Positions 39,242-51,087 of a stretch of DNA of 64,000 nucleotides are shown here, piece by piece. The notes under the pieces were generated by a model. That model worked only from the letters and a program-made list of their open reading frames with translations. It was not told where the DNA came from and made no database searches. Location: NCBI GenBank assembly GCA_973895155.1, contig OZ316891.1, forward strand, positions 3,888,018 to 3,952,017, read 5' to 3'. This DNA is from Marsupella aquatica (Eukaryota > Plantae > Marchantiophyta). Position numbers and translations under genes: made by a program. The number at the start of each line of letters is the position of its first letter. Positions within the stretch are counted from its first letter, which is position 1.

Positions 39242-42200
39242 TGCACTGGAATAAACTTTAGAATTTGACTTAGTCGAATACCATACTTAGTCGAATCATG
39301 TTGACGGCATCTTAAAGTTTATCATTGTATTTGTAACCAGAAAATTACCTTGGGTTTGGTGAGCAGAATTCTCACAATCAGCATTATTATAGGTTAGAGA
39401 GAAAGGTTGATTGAAGAATGATAGCAAGTTACCATTCTATACATGCTAAGACCAGAGTCCTTTCTTAAGGAGTGGCAATGTTAAAATGCTAATTAAAGCA
39501 TCTCAGTCTAAACTTATTCTCTCCTATAACTCAGAAGACCATTTGTTGTTATTTTGATTAATTTGTTTACTTCTATTAGGAGTAAATGTGAATAATAGAG
39601 AGCAAGAGGCTCTAAAACTCTCAAAAAGATAAAAATGTTCAATTCAATCTAGTTCTGTTCTTAAAGGGATCGAAACTCGAGTCTTTAAGTGAAAAGAGAC
39701 ACTTTTGATTCTTCCATCTATACGACAACTAGTTTAGCCAAACTGGTAAAACATATCTAAACTGTGTGAGTGATTGTATGCCCCACTAGGCGCTGTATGC
39801 ATCATTTTGGATCTTGTATGTTAGCCCTATCTTGGGTTTGCCTTATTATAATTCCACAATTAATGGGTTTTCAAATATAGATTTTATCAGTTTTATAAGT
39901 CACCTAAGGGTATAAAAAATTATCAAAAACTAATTTTTTACATGGAACAAGGGTAATGTATATGAAAGAAAAAATACTAACAAGGGGTAGGCAAGGGGGG
40001 TCCGGGCGCAGGGGGTACACTTAGTATACATAGAGTGAGGCCCCATGGTGTCCTTTGTATCAATAGGTTTGGATGAATTACTTTTAAGTATTATTACATT
40101 ATGTTTTGACGGCAAGGTGTCCCTAAAATTACACAAAAATTGATGTAAACAAGATGGAGAGGAGGTTATTCAATGCACAAACATGACGCATCTTGTTTCA
40201 TGCAAATGTTGCTGATGTGACGCATCTTGGAGCCTGGAAATTTGCAAGGGACTTCTGGGGGGACTTCTCATGGGGGTCCGTAATAAATGTAATGAAAATT
40301 CCCTAGAATTTGAGATGATTTAGTCTTTGTCCAAAGTTTTTAGTTGGTTTTGCACTCTGAAAAATAAATTTGAAAACATTGAATTTATGCGGGATGAGAG
40401 TTGAAGAGTCTTAAATAGAACAAAAAGTCAGAACTCTGTGCTTGACCAATCATAAAAATTATTATCAATTTTGGGATCAAAAATAAAATTTTGGACAGTC
40501 AGCCTTTATTCTTCTCAGAAAACAAAGCTCAAATCGACCTCCACATTCCAAAAAATGCTCAGTCCCATAGATTTTCGCAACCTAGATGGATCTCCAGGTT
40601 TTGTAAAAGTTAACTACAATAATACTATTTATTATCATCACTAAAATTGAAATTGTAAATGGGCAAGCACGGTCTATAGCATGTAATCTGTTAGTCCTAG
40701 ACGGTAGTCTGTTCACTAGAGCCAGTTGCAAGAGAGTGTAGGAGCTATTTATTACTTGTTGCATTCACATGAAATCACACATCACATTTGCTGTCAACGC
40801 TAATAAAGAGACTCAGATACTAGATACACTATCATGAACATAATTAGTATGTGTTCATTGAGATGCATCACCATTGGAAGACATTGTAGAACTAAACTAA
40901 AATTCTTATATTCAACGTATTTACTTCTTTTGTATTCATCCAACATAGTTTCAGGCAATTTGGTGATTGTCTTTGTCTAAATATATTGTAGCCAAGATTT
41001 GTATGGTCAAAGTTCTGTCCAAGAAATTTTTTGATTGGTTGGCTCAACTTTGACACATTTTGCCTAGAAAGTTTTTGCCTCAACATTTGAGACAATTTGA
41101 CTTTGTCATTCCTAACAAAAAATTGTTTGTTAATTAGCTCAATGTGACATAGTTTATCTCAGCATCTTTGACATTCTGAGTTTCTCAATTCAAATGCTAC
41201 AAATTTTTCTTTGTGCAATGTCTGATTGATTTGATCCAGACTCATTTGAGCTCTCAACATCAACTGAAGACTATTAGCAATATATTTCTTAGAATCATTA
41301 GCATCTAAAATAATTAACAATCATTTGAGCTGAGCATCAAGATTGTCTTCAAAGAGAAACATATATTAAAGCCATTTAATCTAACATTATTTAATGTAAA
41401 GTGAGATTTGTCTTTCTTGAACTTGAAATCACCTTCTGTCAAGACCATATGGACATATATAGGGAATGCAGTTGGGGTTGTTCAATTGGAATTGCAACAA
41501 ACTAGCTTTAGACCATTTTGCAATTCATTGAAGAAAACAATGGGATCTATCACTTGTCTAACTAGGACATTGCATTAAGCTGAATTCACTTACTCGGTTT
41601 CTAGAATTCAGTCTACCAAAATCTAGTCTCAATCTTATGACTATAACTATTTGACATATTGAATTCAAAATGTAGACTTTGAGCTGCCTCACTCAAAATG
41701 TAGACTTTGAGCTTAGGCTCTTTGAGTGTGCAGTGCTGAGGGAAAGAAAGATCTCCTGATAAAGTTTGTTATGGGCTGTGCTAAGAAGCAATAAGCTCCC
41801 CTAATGAGACACAGTCTTGATGGATAGTGAACTGATGGAACACAACTTACGATTGACGGCACATCAATGTGTGATAAACTAGGCGGTCAGAGTAGTTTTG
41901 TGATATTGATTGATTGTCACACAAGTAAAGTCCATAAGGACACTCATGTTCATTTGCCAGATCCATTCAAGCTTCCATTTCCAAACTTAAAGTCGGGATA
42001 GACACAAACGTTTGTAGGGACAACCCGGATGGACACAGCTTGTTGACACTGTAACACCAATCCCTAATGACACCCAAAATAAATTACAGGTGTCTTATGA
42101 ACGGAAGCTAACCGAGATTTAGACATTACGTTAAGTATATGTCTAGCTAACCTCCTCTGTTGCTCCTGCCTGGACAGACTACGGGAAGAAACAACCAAAA

Positions 42201-42464
42201 ACCTCCTTCTCCTGGTCAGACAGCTCCTACATGTCACCATTGGAGCACAAGTGAAAAGCATGTTATACAAGCACAATATTAGGTTTATTTTGTGTCCATC
42301 CAGGTTGTGTTTGTCCATGGGGGCTTTTTCTCAAAGGCTTTAAGTTCTCCATTTCCTCCTCTTTCAAAGTCTAATTTATTTTCAAATTAATTAATGTTTT
42401 TGAAATGTTCCAATTATTTTCAATGTACATACAAAAATGAAAATGCAAAAGACAAAGATGTAGT

Positions 42465-42603
42465 TGTTACAGTATACCAGTTACGCCACCACGGGTTACT
42501 TCCTAACCTAGTTAGGAACCCTATGTAACCCGTTTACCACACATATATATATATGACCACTCAAGGGAGAAGAGGGGTAGAGTTGGAGGATTATTTCCTA
42601 GCA
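42465..42603 (+). repeat. 5' LTR (139 bp)
   Basis: TGTTACAG...CCTAGCA; matches 50950-51087 with 7 substitutions and 2 small indels. Confidence 0.95.
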
Positions 42604-42618
42604 CGTTATCAGCACGAC
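42604..42618 (+). promoter_or_regulatory. Primer-binding site complementary to the anticodon arm of tRNA-Ile(IAU) (half-tRNA priming)
   Basis: CGTTATCAGCACGAC lies directly after the LTR and has no TGG. Its reverse complement matches plant tRNA-Ile GUCGUGCU[A/I]AUAACG (tRNA sequence recalled, not searched). Confidence 0.8.
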
Positions 42619-44932
42619 TCCGAGGCTGAGCAAGGAGAAAAGAAAAAAATTTAAAGGCTATGGCGAATCGAGCATAAGGACCAAAAGAGGAAATCAGTTT
42701 GAAGAACAAGAAACAGCAAGGAGAAGACCGGGAGATTGAAGAGAACATAGGATAAGGACATCAAGAAGCAAAATACAAAAAGGATCGGAGCACAAACTCA
42801 AGGAAGAGAAATTGAAGAACGACTTCATAAGGACACATCAGAAAGCAAAAAGAGTCGATAAGGACACAGCAGGAATCCGAAAGAAATTCGAGAGAGAAGA
42901 GATCGAAGGCGCGAGAGTAAGGATCAAATAAGGATCGAGGATTGAGGATCAAATAAGGAAATCTCATAAGGAATCAAAACTGAAACGATCCATGCAGCAT
43001 AAAGAATCAAAAAGTGAAGAACCGAAAGCGAAGCATCAGCATCAGGAGGCTAGGCCCTGTAAAAGGAAACGATCCAGCCCCCATCAAGAATCACTCAGTG
43101 CAGAGAGAAAGCCAAAGATGAACATAGTCTAGGATTGGAATAGAGAACCAAAGATAATTTAAGCAGTGGCTCCGAAGATCATTGAAAGAGAGACATCAAG
43201 AGAGAGAAATAAAAAGGAGGCGAGTGCAGAAATTCAAAAGAGGGCGCAGCGAAAACGAAATTGAAATCAATAAGGACACTAAAGAATCCTGAAACAAAGA
43301 AGGAAAGAAAGATCGAGAGAGAAGCGAGAAGTAAAGCAGAGAAAAGGAACTAAGGAGAACTGATTCAAAAGCAAAAGAACAATCCAGGCAGAAGCAAAGG
43401 AGATACAAAAGGCAGGGAGAGCCAACCCTGGAAGGAAGAAATCACCCTGCCAGAATACTCAAGAGATCAGAAAATTGAAGGCAAAAACAAATAGCCAGAT
43501 TTAGAGGGGCGCAGCAGAAGGGCGACCAGCCAAATGAAGCATTGACAAAGAAGCAAAGACGAAAATCAGTGGATAAGGACTATGGATCACTAAACCTGAG
43601 GAAAACAGAATGAGCGCTGCAGCAGAGATCGTAGAGGAGCTCGGAAGGAGGTCGTTGAAACCAAAATTTTGCAACATCAATCGAAAAACGTCAAGAAACC
43701 GCTGCTAAGTGCATAACCCTCTTTAATTGCAAAATCTATCAAAGAGATTTCAGATATAAAGGAAAAGTTGCACTTAACCATAAACGCACATTTAAGTGCA
43801 AAATCCCTAAGCGCACAATCCGTCAAATAAATCTCACTTACAAAGGCAAATTTGCACTTAACCATAACTGCAAACCTTAAGCGCACACCCGGATAACCGC
43901 ACAATCAATACAAAGAAAACACATAATACAAAGGAAAATGTGCAGTTAACCATAAACACACGAAAACTCGAACCTAATCGCACATTTACACAAAACAATT
44001 CCTTTACACTTGAGTTACATGCATAACCCAACCTAAAACGCATCCATAGTTAACGGGAAAGAAACTCTAAAAAGCAAAATTGCATGCAAAACCTAACCTA
44101 AACACGCATTTAGGGATAACTAGAAAAGAACCCTAAAACGCAAAATGAAAAAGGAACCATCAACTCTTTTGATTTCCTAAAGCGCACCGCAACCCACAAA
44201 ACGCAAGCACTAAGACATACATACCTCATAGAACTTGCATATCTAATAACCATTGCATAAGCTTAACCTTAAACCTAGAAACTTAACCCTCGGCTCAACC
44301 CTAAAACCAAAACCCGAAACCAAAACCCTAGAACCTGGCCAATATATGGCATCCATAGAAAAACTTAACTTCCTCCCACTGACCATCTAGGGCGAGAACT
44401 ACCTCTCGTGGTCATTAGATATCAAAGCTAATTTATTAGCTAAAGATATATATGAGACTGTAGTTACCGACCAGGGCACGACAACCCAGCAGAAGGCGCG
44501 AGCCTTGGTGTTTATAAGACACCATTTGGTTGAACCGCTAAAACTTCAATACCTCAACGAGGAGAATCCCAAGAATCTTTGGGACCAACTCAAAGAGCGA
44601 CTTGACCACACGAAAACCATCCATCTGCCCAGAGCCCGCCACGATTGGGTGAACCTTCGGGTTCAAGACCATACATCAATAGCTAACTACAATAGCGAGC
44701 TATTCCAAATAACATCCCAACTCATCCTGTGCGGCCAACCCGTTACCGATGAGGAGCAGATAGAGAAGACCCTATCTACTTTCCACACCAGTAACATTAT
44801 ACTATCCACCCAATACCAAAACATGAAGTTTGCGAAGTACTCAAAACTCATCGGCCATTTGTTGCTATCAGAGCGACATCAAGAGTTAATCTTGAAAAAT
44901 GCGAAGATGCGACCCCCGGGCACCCTCCCATC

Positions 44933-45260
44933 CTCGGGGGGGTCACTTCCACGGAAGTGGCACATCACATGCGACGAAGTATAGGCCCATTTAAATGGGT
45001 GTGGCGGAAGACTTCCAAAGTTTGTTGGAAGAACACATAGGGCATGTTTTATTGACTGGTCAACTTTAAAGAACACATGGGCCTATTTAATTGCAAAAAA
45101 TACTTTCTTTAAAGTTTTTAGGGGTTTTTTAATAAAAAATGACAAAACTTAAAGAAAGAAAGGGCTTTGCAAAAAAATATTTTTCACTTATAAGTTAGGG
45201 GGGTCAAACCCTAAAACGTCGCACGCAATGTATGGCCCTCCATATAGTGACCCCCCCGAG
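44933..45260. mobile_element. MITE, subfamily 1 (328 bp), inserted in gag; 8-bp TSD CTCCCATC
   Basis: Perfect 15-bp TIRs and perfect TSD (44925-44932 and 45261-45268). Removing the element restores the gag frame (MRPPGTLPS-NPATETNF). Confidence 0.95.
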
Positions 45261-48200
45261 CTCCCATCAAACCCCGCAACCGAAACAAACTTCGGACAAC
45301 CCTCAAGTAGCACAAGCAACCAACGAGGCGGCTTCGGCCGCAATGGAAGAGGAAGATCAGCCTTCAAAGGAGGAAGGCAATATGGATGCAGAAGATCGAG
45401 CTACTTCAGGGGGAGAGGAAGAGGCCACGGCACTGGAGGAGGCCGCGGACGAGGCCGATCCAACTTCAGCTACACCCGAGGAGGAACAGGAAGATCGAGC
45501 AGACCAGCCCAACGGGGCAGGTCATCCCAGAAGAACTCAGGAAGATCCACAGTGGAGTGCTTCCGATGCGGTACCATGGGCCACCCACAACGGGTGTGGC
45601 ATACCGCAACACTTGTCAAACTATATCAACAAAAGAAGTACGATAGGACCTAGGAGGCACATGGCACCTTCCTGGAGCAGGACGAACAATTAGAAAACTA
45701 CATCAACCACGACGAAACAATGCCCGAGTCACACATGACCTTACACGATCATGATTCCTTACCACTAGATGATATTAGAACCTGTATCGTAGATAGCGGC
45801 ACGTCTCACACAATTTTAAAGGGTCGAGACTATTTCACTCACATAACTCCCTCACATAGAAGCACAACTACCATTATAGGGAGTAACCAAATAGAAGAGG
45901 GCAATGGCCCTGCCACTATTACCTTACCTCAAGGCACAACCAACCACATTAAATCCGCCATCTATGCCCCTAATGCCACCCAAAACTTGATTAGCTTCAA
46001 GGACATTAGGGACAACGGATATCATATCCACACTAACACAAACAAAGACCAGGAAGTAATTCATATCTTAAAGAATACTTCCGATGGAATGCTAATAAAA
46101 GAAACACTTTTTTCGTATCCGCTGGGCTTTTACATCACACAGTTGAATGCTTTCCATTCAACTACATCTGACACATCACAATATGACTTATGGCATACCA
46201 GACTTGGACATCCTAGCATGACCATGTTTTGCAAGATGAAAAGAGTAACCCACGGAATACCACCAAATGCATGCCCAACGAACCATAACCAACCCTGCAT
46301 GGCATGTTCTCAAGAAAAACTAATCCTAAGACCATTTGTCTCCAAGAAAATCCATGAAATGCCCAGATTCTTGGAACAAGTGCATGTAGACGTCTGTGGA
46401 CCTATAGAACCACCAAGCGGACCATTTCAATTTTTCCTAGTCATTATTGACGCATCCTCAAAATGGTCACAAGTTTCGTTGCTTTCCACACAAACCATAG
46501 TTTTCCCAAGACTTTTAGCACACATTTTAAAGCTAAAAGCTCAATTCCCTAAAAACCCAATAAAGACAATTAGAGTTGATAATGCAGGAAAATTCACTTC
46601 AAAAACATTCAAAGACTTTTGCATGGCGACAGGGATCGACACCCAATACCCCGTACCCCATGTACATTTTCAAAATGGCATAGCAGAATCTGTCATTAAG
46701 AGAATATAGATGATAGCCAGACCCATGCTAATGCAGACACAATTACCAACAACTGCATGGGGTCACGATGTATTACATGCAACAGCCTTACTGAAATATC
46801 GCCCATCAGCGTATAACGACCAAACTCCATACCAACTAGCTTTTGGAGTAATTAAACCCTAACATATCACACGTTAGAACCTTTGGTTGTCAAGTATTGG
46901 TCCTCATAATGGGACCAGAAAGAACTAAAATGGGACCACAAAGACAAAAAGGCATATATGTTGGTTTTGAGTCACCGTCCATAATACGGTACTTGGAACC
47001 ATCAACTGCCGATGTCTTTTAAGCAAGGTTCCCAGATTGTCATTTTTATGAAAACATTTTCCCCAAACTATTTGAAGGGAAACAACAATTTGAACGACCT
47101 CGTAACTTGGAATTACGATGGCAAACCCAATCCAATAACTAGAATGATCCACGGACAAGACAATGCGAAGAAGAAGTCCGCATAATAGTACAACTAACCA
47201 AGACTGTGGAGCAAATGCCAGACGCATTTACAGACATTGCCCAAATGACTAGATCACATATCCTTGCTGCAAACGCTCCAACACTTTTACAAGAATCTAC
47301 AAAATTAGCAATGGATCAACCACCAAGGGTAAAACATGGACGTCCATTGGGATAAAGATACCCAACCAAGACAAAGAAAAACTATAACCACAACAATATC
47401 ACTTGCAATACTAGAAATGATACCCACACAAAACCCTGTGGAAATCCCAGAAAATGAAGAAATCTCAATTCATTATATGAACACTGGGACCATCTGGAAT
47501 AGAAACAATATTCCTATGGATGACAACTTTGCCTACCACATTTCCCAAAATATCACGGATACCCAACTTGACCCTAAAACAATCAAAGAGGCACAGAAAA
47601 GCCCAGATTGGTCAGAATGGGAAAAGACAATTAACTCAGAATTGGATTCACTAATTAAACGACAAGTGTTTGGACCTATTGTCCCAGCACCACATGACAC
47701 CCACTTAACAGACTATAAGTGGACATTCGTCAAAAAGAGAAACGCACAAGGTCAAGTTGCAAGATATAAAACATGCCTTGTCGCAAAAGGATACACACAA
47801 ATACCTGGATGAGACTTTGACTTGACATACACACCAGTGATGGATGCAATAACATATCAATACCTAGTTGGATTTTGCCTAGGTCATTGACTACAAATGC
47901 ATCAAATGGATGTTGTAACAACATACTTATATGGATTACTGGATACTACCATATATATGAAAGCACCCCCAGAACTCATAAAGAGACAGACATATCACAT
48001 TCAGGGGAAGCGTAAAACACCATGGAGTGGACCTATTGTCCTCCATAAGAGTGGACCTATTGTCCCTCCAACACACAAATCCATACCTCTGGCCAAGGAT
48101 GGATACGCAGTCCAAATAATGAGATCATTATACGGACTAAAGCAAAGCGGAAGAATGTGGTATAAGAGATTTAGAGACGAAATGTTAAATATGGGTTTTA

Positions 48201-49129
48201 CCAACGAGGATATTGCTCCTTGTTTATTCATTAAAAAAACATGATGACAAATTTATGATAATCACCATCTATGTAGACGACATAAACCTTTTTGGACACT
48301 TAAACCTATTACAAAACACCATCAAGTCCTAAACTGAGTATTTGAGATGAAAGACTTATGCCAAACTCACTACTGTTTGGACCTACAGTTTGAACATCTA
48401 TCTGATGGCATACTTTTACATCAAAGCACCTATACCACCAGAATCCTCAAACAATTCAACATGGACAAGGCGCATCCCGTAACTTCTCCTATGGAAGTAC
48501 GATCTCTAGACAGAGACAAGGATGCATTCAGAAAAATAAATGAAAATGAACCACTACTTGGTCCTGAAAAACCATACTTATCAACAATAGGAGCACTCAT
48601 GTTCCTAACCAACCAGACACGACCAGACATTTCTTTTGCAGTAAACCTACTAGCCAGACACAGTGCACAATCTACTATACGCCACTGGAATGGCATAAAG
48701 AGAATAATGCGTTATCTTCAAGGAACTATTGATATGGGACTATATTTCCCTAATAATACTAATAAGACCTTAATAGGCTATGCGGACGCTGGATATTTAT
48801 CAAACCCAGACGACGCTAAATCACAGACTGGCTACGTATTTTTATATGGTGATACAGCCATTTTTTGGAAAAGCACTAAACAAACACTAACATGCACTTC
48901 ATCTAGCCACGCTGAGATTATTGCATTATATGAAGCCAGCAGAGAGTGTATTTGGCTAAGATGAGTAACCGACCATATTAATACAAACTGTGGCTTACCA
49001 GCACTAATCGAGCCTACTACACTGTTCGAAGACAATCAAGCATGTGTTGAATCAGTCTCGAAAGGATTCATCAAAGGAGACCGCATCAAGCATATCGCAC
49101 CAAAATTCTTCTTCACCCACGAACAACAA

Positions 49130-50403
49130 GAACACATTGACGGACCAAACGAGAAGTGTGACCACCAAACGAGAAGCCTGTTCAATTTTTGCAAAAAATG
49201 GTGATACAAAATGAAGTTTTTGGTCAAAATCAACTTTTTTGAAAATAATTGGAAAATGGATCAGTTTTTGCATTGCGTTCATTGATGTTTTTGGAGCTAA
49301 ACTAATGATCATGAGATTAAAAATATGGATGTCATCTTTAGTGAGAGATTAGAGACGAGAATCCTCATATTTGGAAAAGCAAATTGTGTTAGATAAATTT
49401 TTGCAATGGTTTCCAAACTCAAGATTTTGACAAAAATCAAAATTTTTATGATGAGAGAAAGTGCACTCAACTTTTAACATGCCAAAAGTGATACCATGTA
49501 TCACATTTTGGATGCAGTGTAGGAATTGGCTGGCGCAACCCCCCCAAATGTTGTTTGACGCGATAATGAAAATAATGACAACAATTTATAAATTTAAATT
49601 CATGAAAAACTCCAAATTTGACTATCATGTCAAGCCAAGGTTTAGGGAGCTACCACGTAACTGCGTAGTTAAGCCCACAGTCATTTAGTTTAACTCAGAA
49701 CTGGTCAAGCTAACTAAGACACATCAATTGTACCCCCACAATTATGGACCAATATTGTTGCACTGTTAAAACCAGCAAACCTAATCCCAATCATGATCCA
49801 TGGATCATGGGTTACTGTCCATACACAAAACTAATCGTTAAAAACATGATCCATTTTTAAACCCATAAAATAATGAGGGGAATTCCATCTGTGATCCATG
49901 GATCACCAATGTTCTCAAACTTAAAACACTATCCTCAAAAATTGCTTAAAAGTTTTTCTCATCTCTAAAACCTTGAGGGGAAGCACAATCGTGATACGCA
50001 GATCAAAACTCTTGCGGACACAATAAAACTCATCTCAAAAACACCTACTTTTACCATAGTAGGATTCTTCTTGGGTTAACTTGACCACAGTTGGTATCTT
50101 TTTGGAATATGCCCTATTGGGTATGCCATGCTTTGAAGTCTAGTTGTTAAGGAATGTAAAATATGATACTCTGTATCATATTTTGTATTGCCTCCATAGA
50201 AATTGATGATACAGAATGTCGTACTTCTTCATTTTATGACATTCACTAGTCCAAATTTGGGATGTTTTGTTTTTCTGCTTCGAAATGTTTGATTTTGTAG
50301 GAAATCTTGACTTGTATCACGTTGTGTTTTACACTTAGAAAAAATTTGGGGTGGCCCAAACGAGAAGCCTGTCACACTTCTCGTTTGGTCCGCCAACGTG
50401 TTC
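49130..50403. mobile_element. 1.27-kb non-autonomous TIR DNA element inserted in RNase H
   Basis: 33-bp TIRs GAACAC(A/G)TTG(A/G)CGGACCAAACGAGAAGTGTGAC (31/33 match). Removal restores FFFTHEQQ-GDTIQVKTIASKDNHADLFTKAL. No transposase ORF. Confidence 0.92.
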
Positions 50404-50584
50404 AAGGCGACACGATCCAAGTGAAGACGATCGCGAGCAAAGACAACCATGCAGACTTATTCACTAAGGCCCTGACTCCAGCACTACATGCTACTCATTG
50501 TCAAGGAATAGGCTTACCTAGACTATCAAAACTCAGAAATTAAAATTAATACTTTACTTTAGATAATCATAAACTACTGTACTC

Positions 50585-50949
50585 TTATTTGTAAAGGTGG
50601 TTGTACTCTTTCCCTCGAAGGAGTATGAGAGGGTTTTAATGAGGCAACACCTACATAAGACCAAAGTACAAAATTTGGAATTTTTGTTGGAGAACGTAAC
50701 TAGTATAAAGTTGCTTGCATTACTCCCATAATACAATCAAGGGGGAGTGTTATTTGTAAAGTTGGTTGTACTCTTTCCCTCGAAGGAGTATGAGAGGGTT
50801 TTAATGAGGCAACACCTACATAAGACCAAAGAGGGTTTTAATGAGGCAACACCTACATAAGACCAAATTACAAAATTTGGAATTTTTGTTGGAGAACGTA
50901 ACTAGTATAGAGTTGCTTGCATTACTCCCATAATACAATCAAGGGGGAG
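50585..50949 (+). repeat. Tandem duplication (165-bp period) of the copia 3' UTR including the PPT; the second copy has an extra 37-bp duplication
   Basis: TTATTTGTAAAG at 50585 and 50750. PPT AAGGGGGAG at 50739-50747 and 50941-50949. GAGGGTTTTAATGAGGC at 50794 and 50831. Confidence 0.92.
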
Positions 50950-51087
50950 TGTTACAGTATACCAGTTATGCCACCGCGGGTTACTTCCTAACCCTAGTTA
51001 GGAACCTTATGTAACCCGTTTACCACACATATATATATGACCACCCGAGGGAGAAGAGGGGTAGAGTTGGAGCATTATTTCCTAACA
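50950..51087 (+). repeat. 3' LTR (138 bp)
   Basis: TGTTACAG...CCTAACA, preceded by the PPT and followed by TSD GTAGT. Confidence 0.95.

Larger units (their letters stand above)
44346..50543 (+). pseudogene. Disrupted copia gag-pol polyprotein
   Basis: Gag from ATG 44346; Zn knuckle CFRCGTMGH; protease IVDSGTSHT; pre-integrase LWHTRLGHPS; integrase HVDVCGP/RVDNAG/QNGIAE; RT SLYGLKQSGR/YVDD; RNase H GYADAGY/ADLFTKAL. Multiple stops, frameshifts and two nested insertions. Confidence 0.95.
42465..51087 (+). mobile_element. Full-length, inactivated Ty1/copia LTR retrotransposon, Bianca-like lineage
   Basis: TG...CA LTRs at both ends, 5-bp TSD GTAGT (42460-42464 and 51088-51092), PBS, PPT and gag-PR-IN-RT-RH order. 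The Gag region (LWDQLKERLDHTKTIHLPRARHDWVNLRVQD...EKTLSTFH) and the PBS are Bianca-type. Confidence 0.95.

Noticed and set aside
37857-39378. Solo LTR (TGTG...CACA)
   Set aside because: The composition is LTR-like, but the flanks ACTAG and ATCAG do not form a TSD and there is no second copy in the window.
44265-44335. Telomere-like AAACCCT motifs
   Set aside because: A few degenerate, non-tandem copies inside the retrotransposon leader; not an interstitial telomere array.
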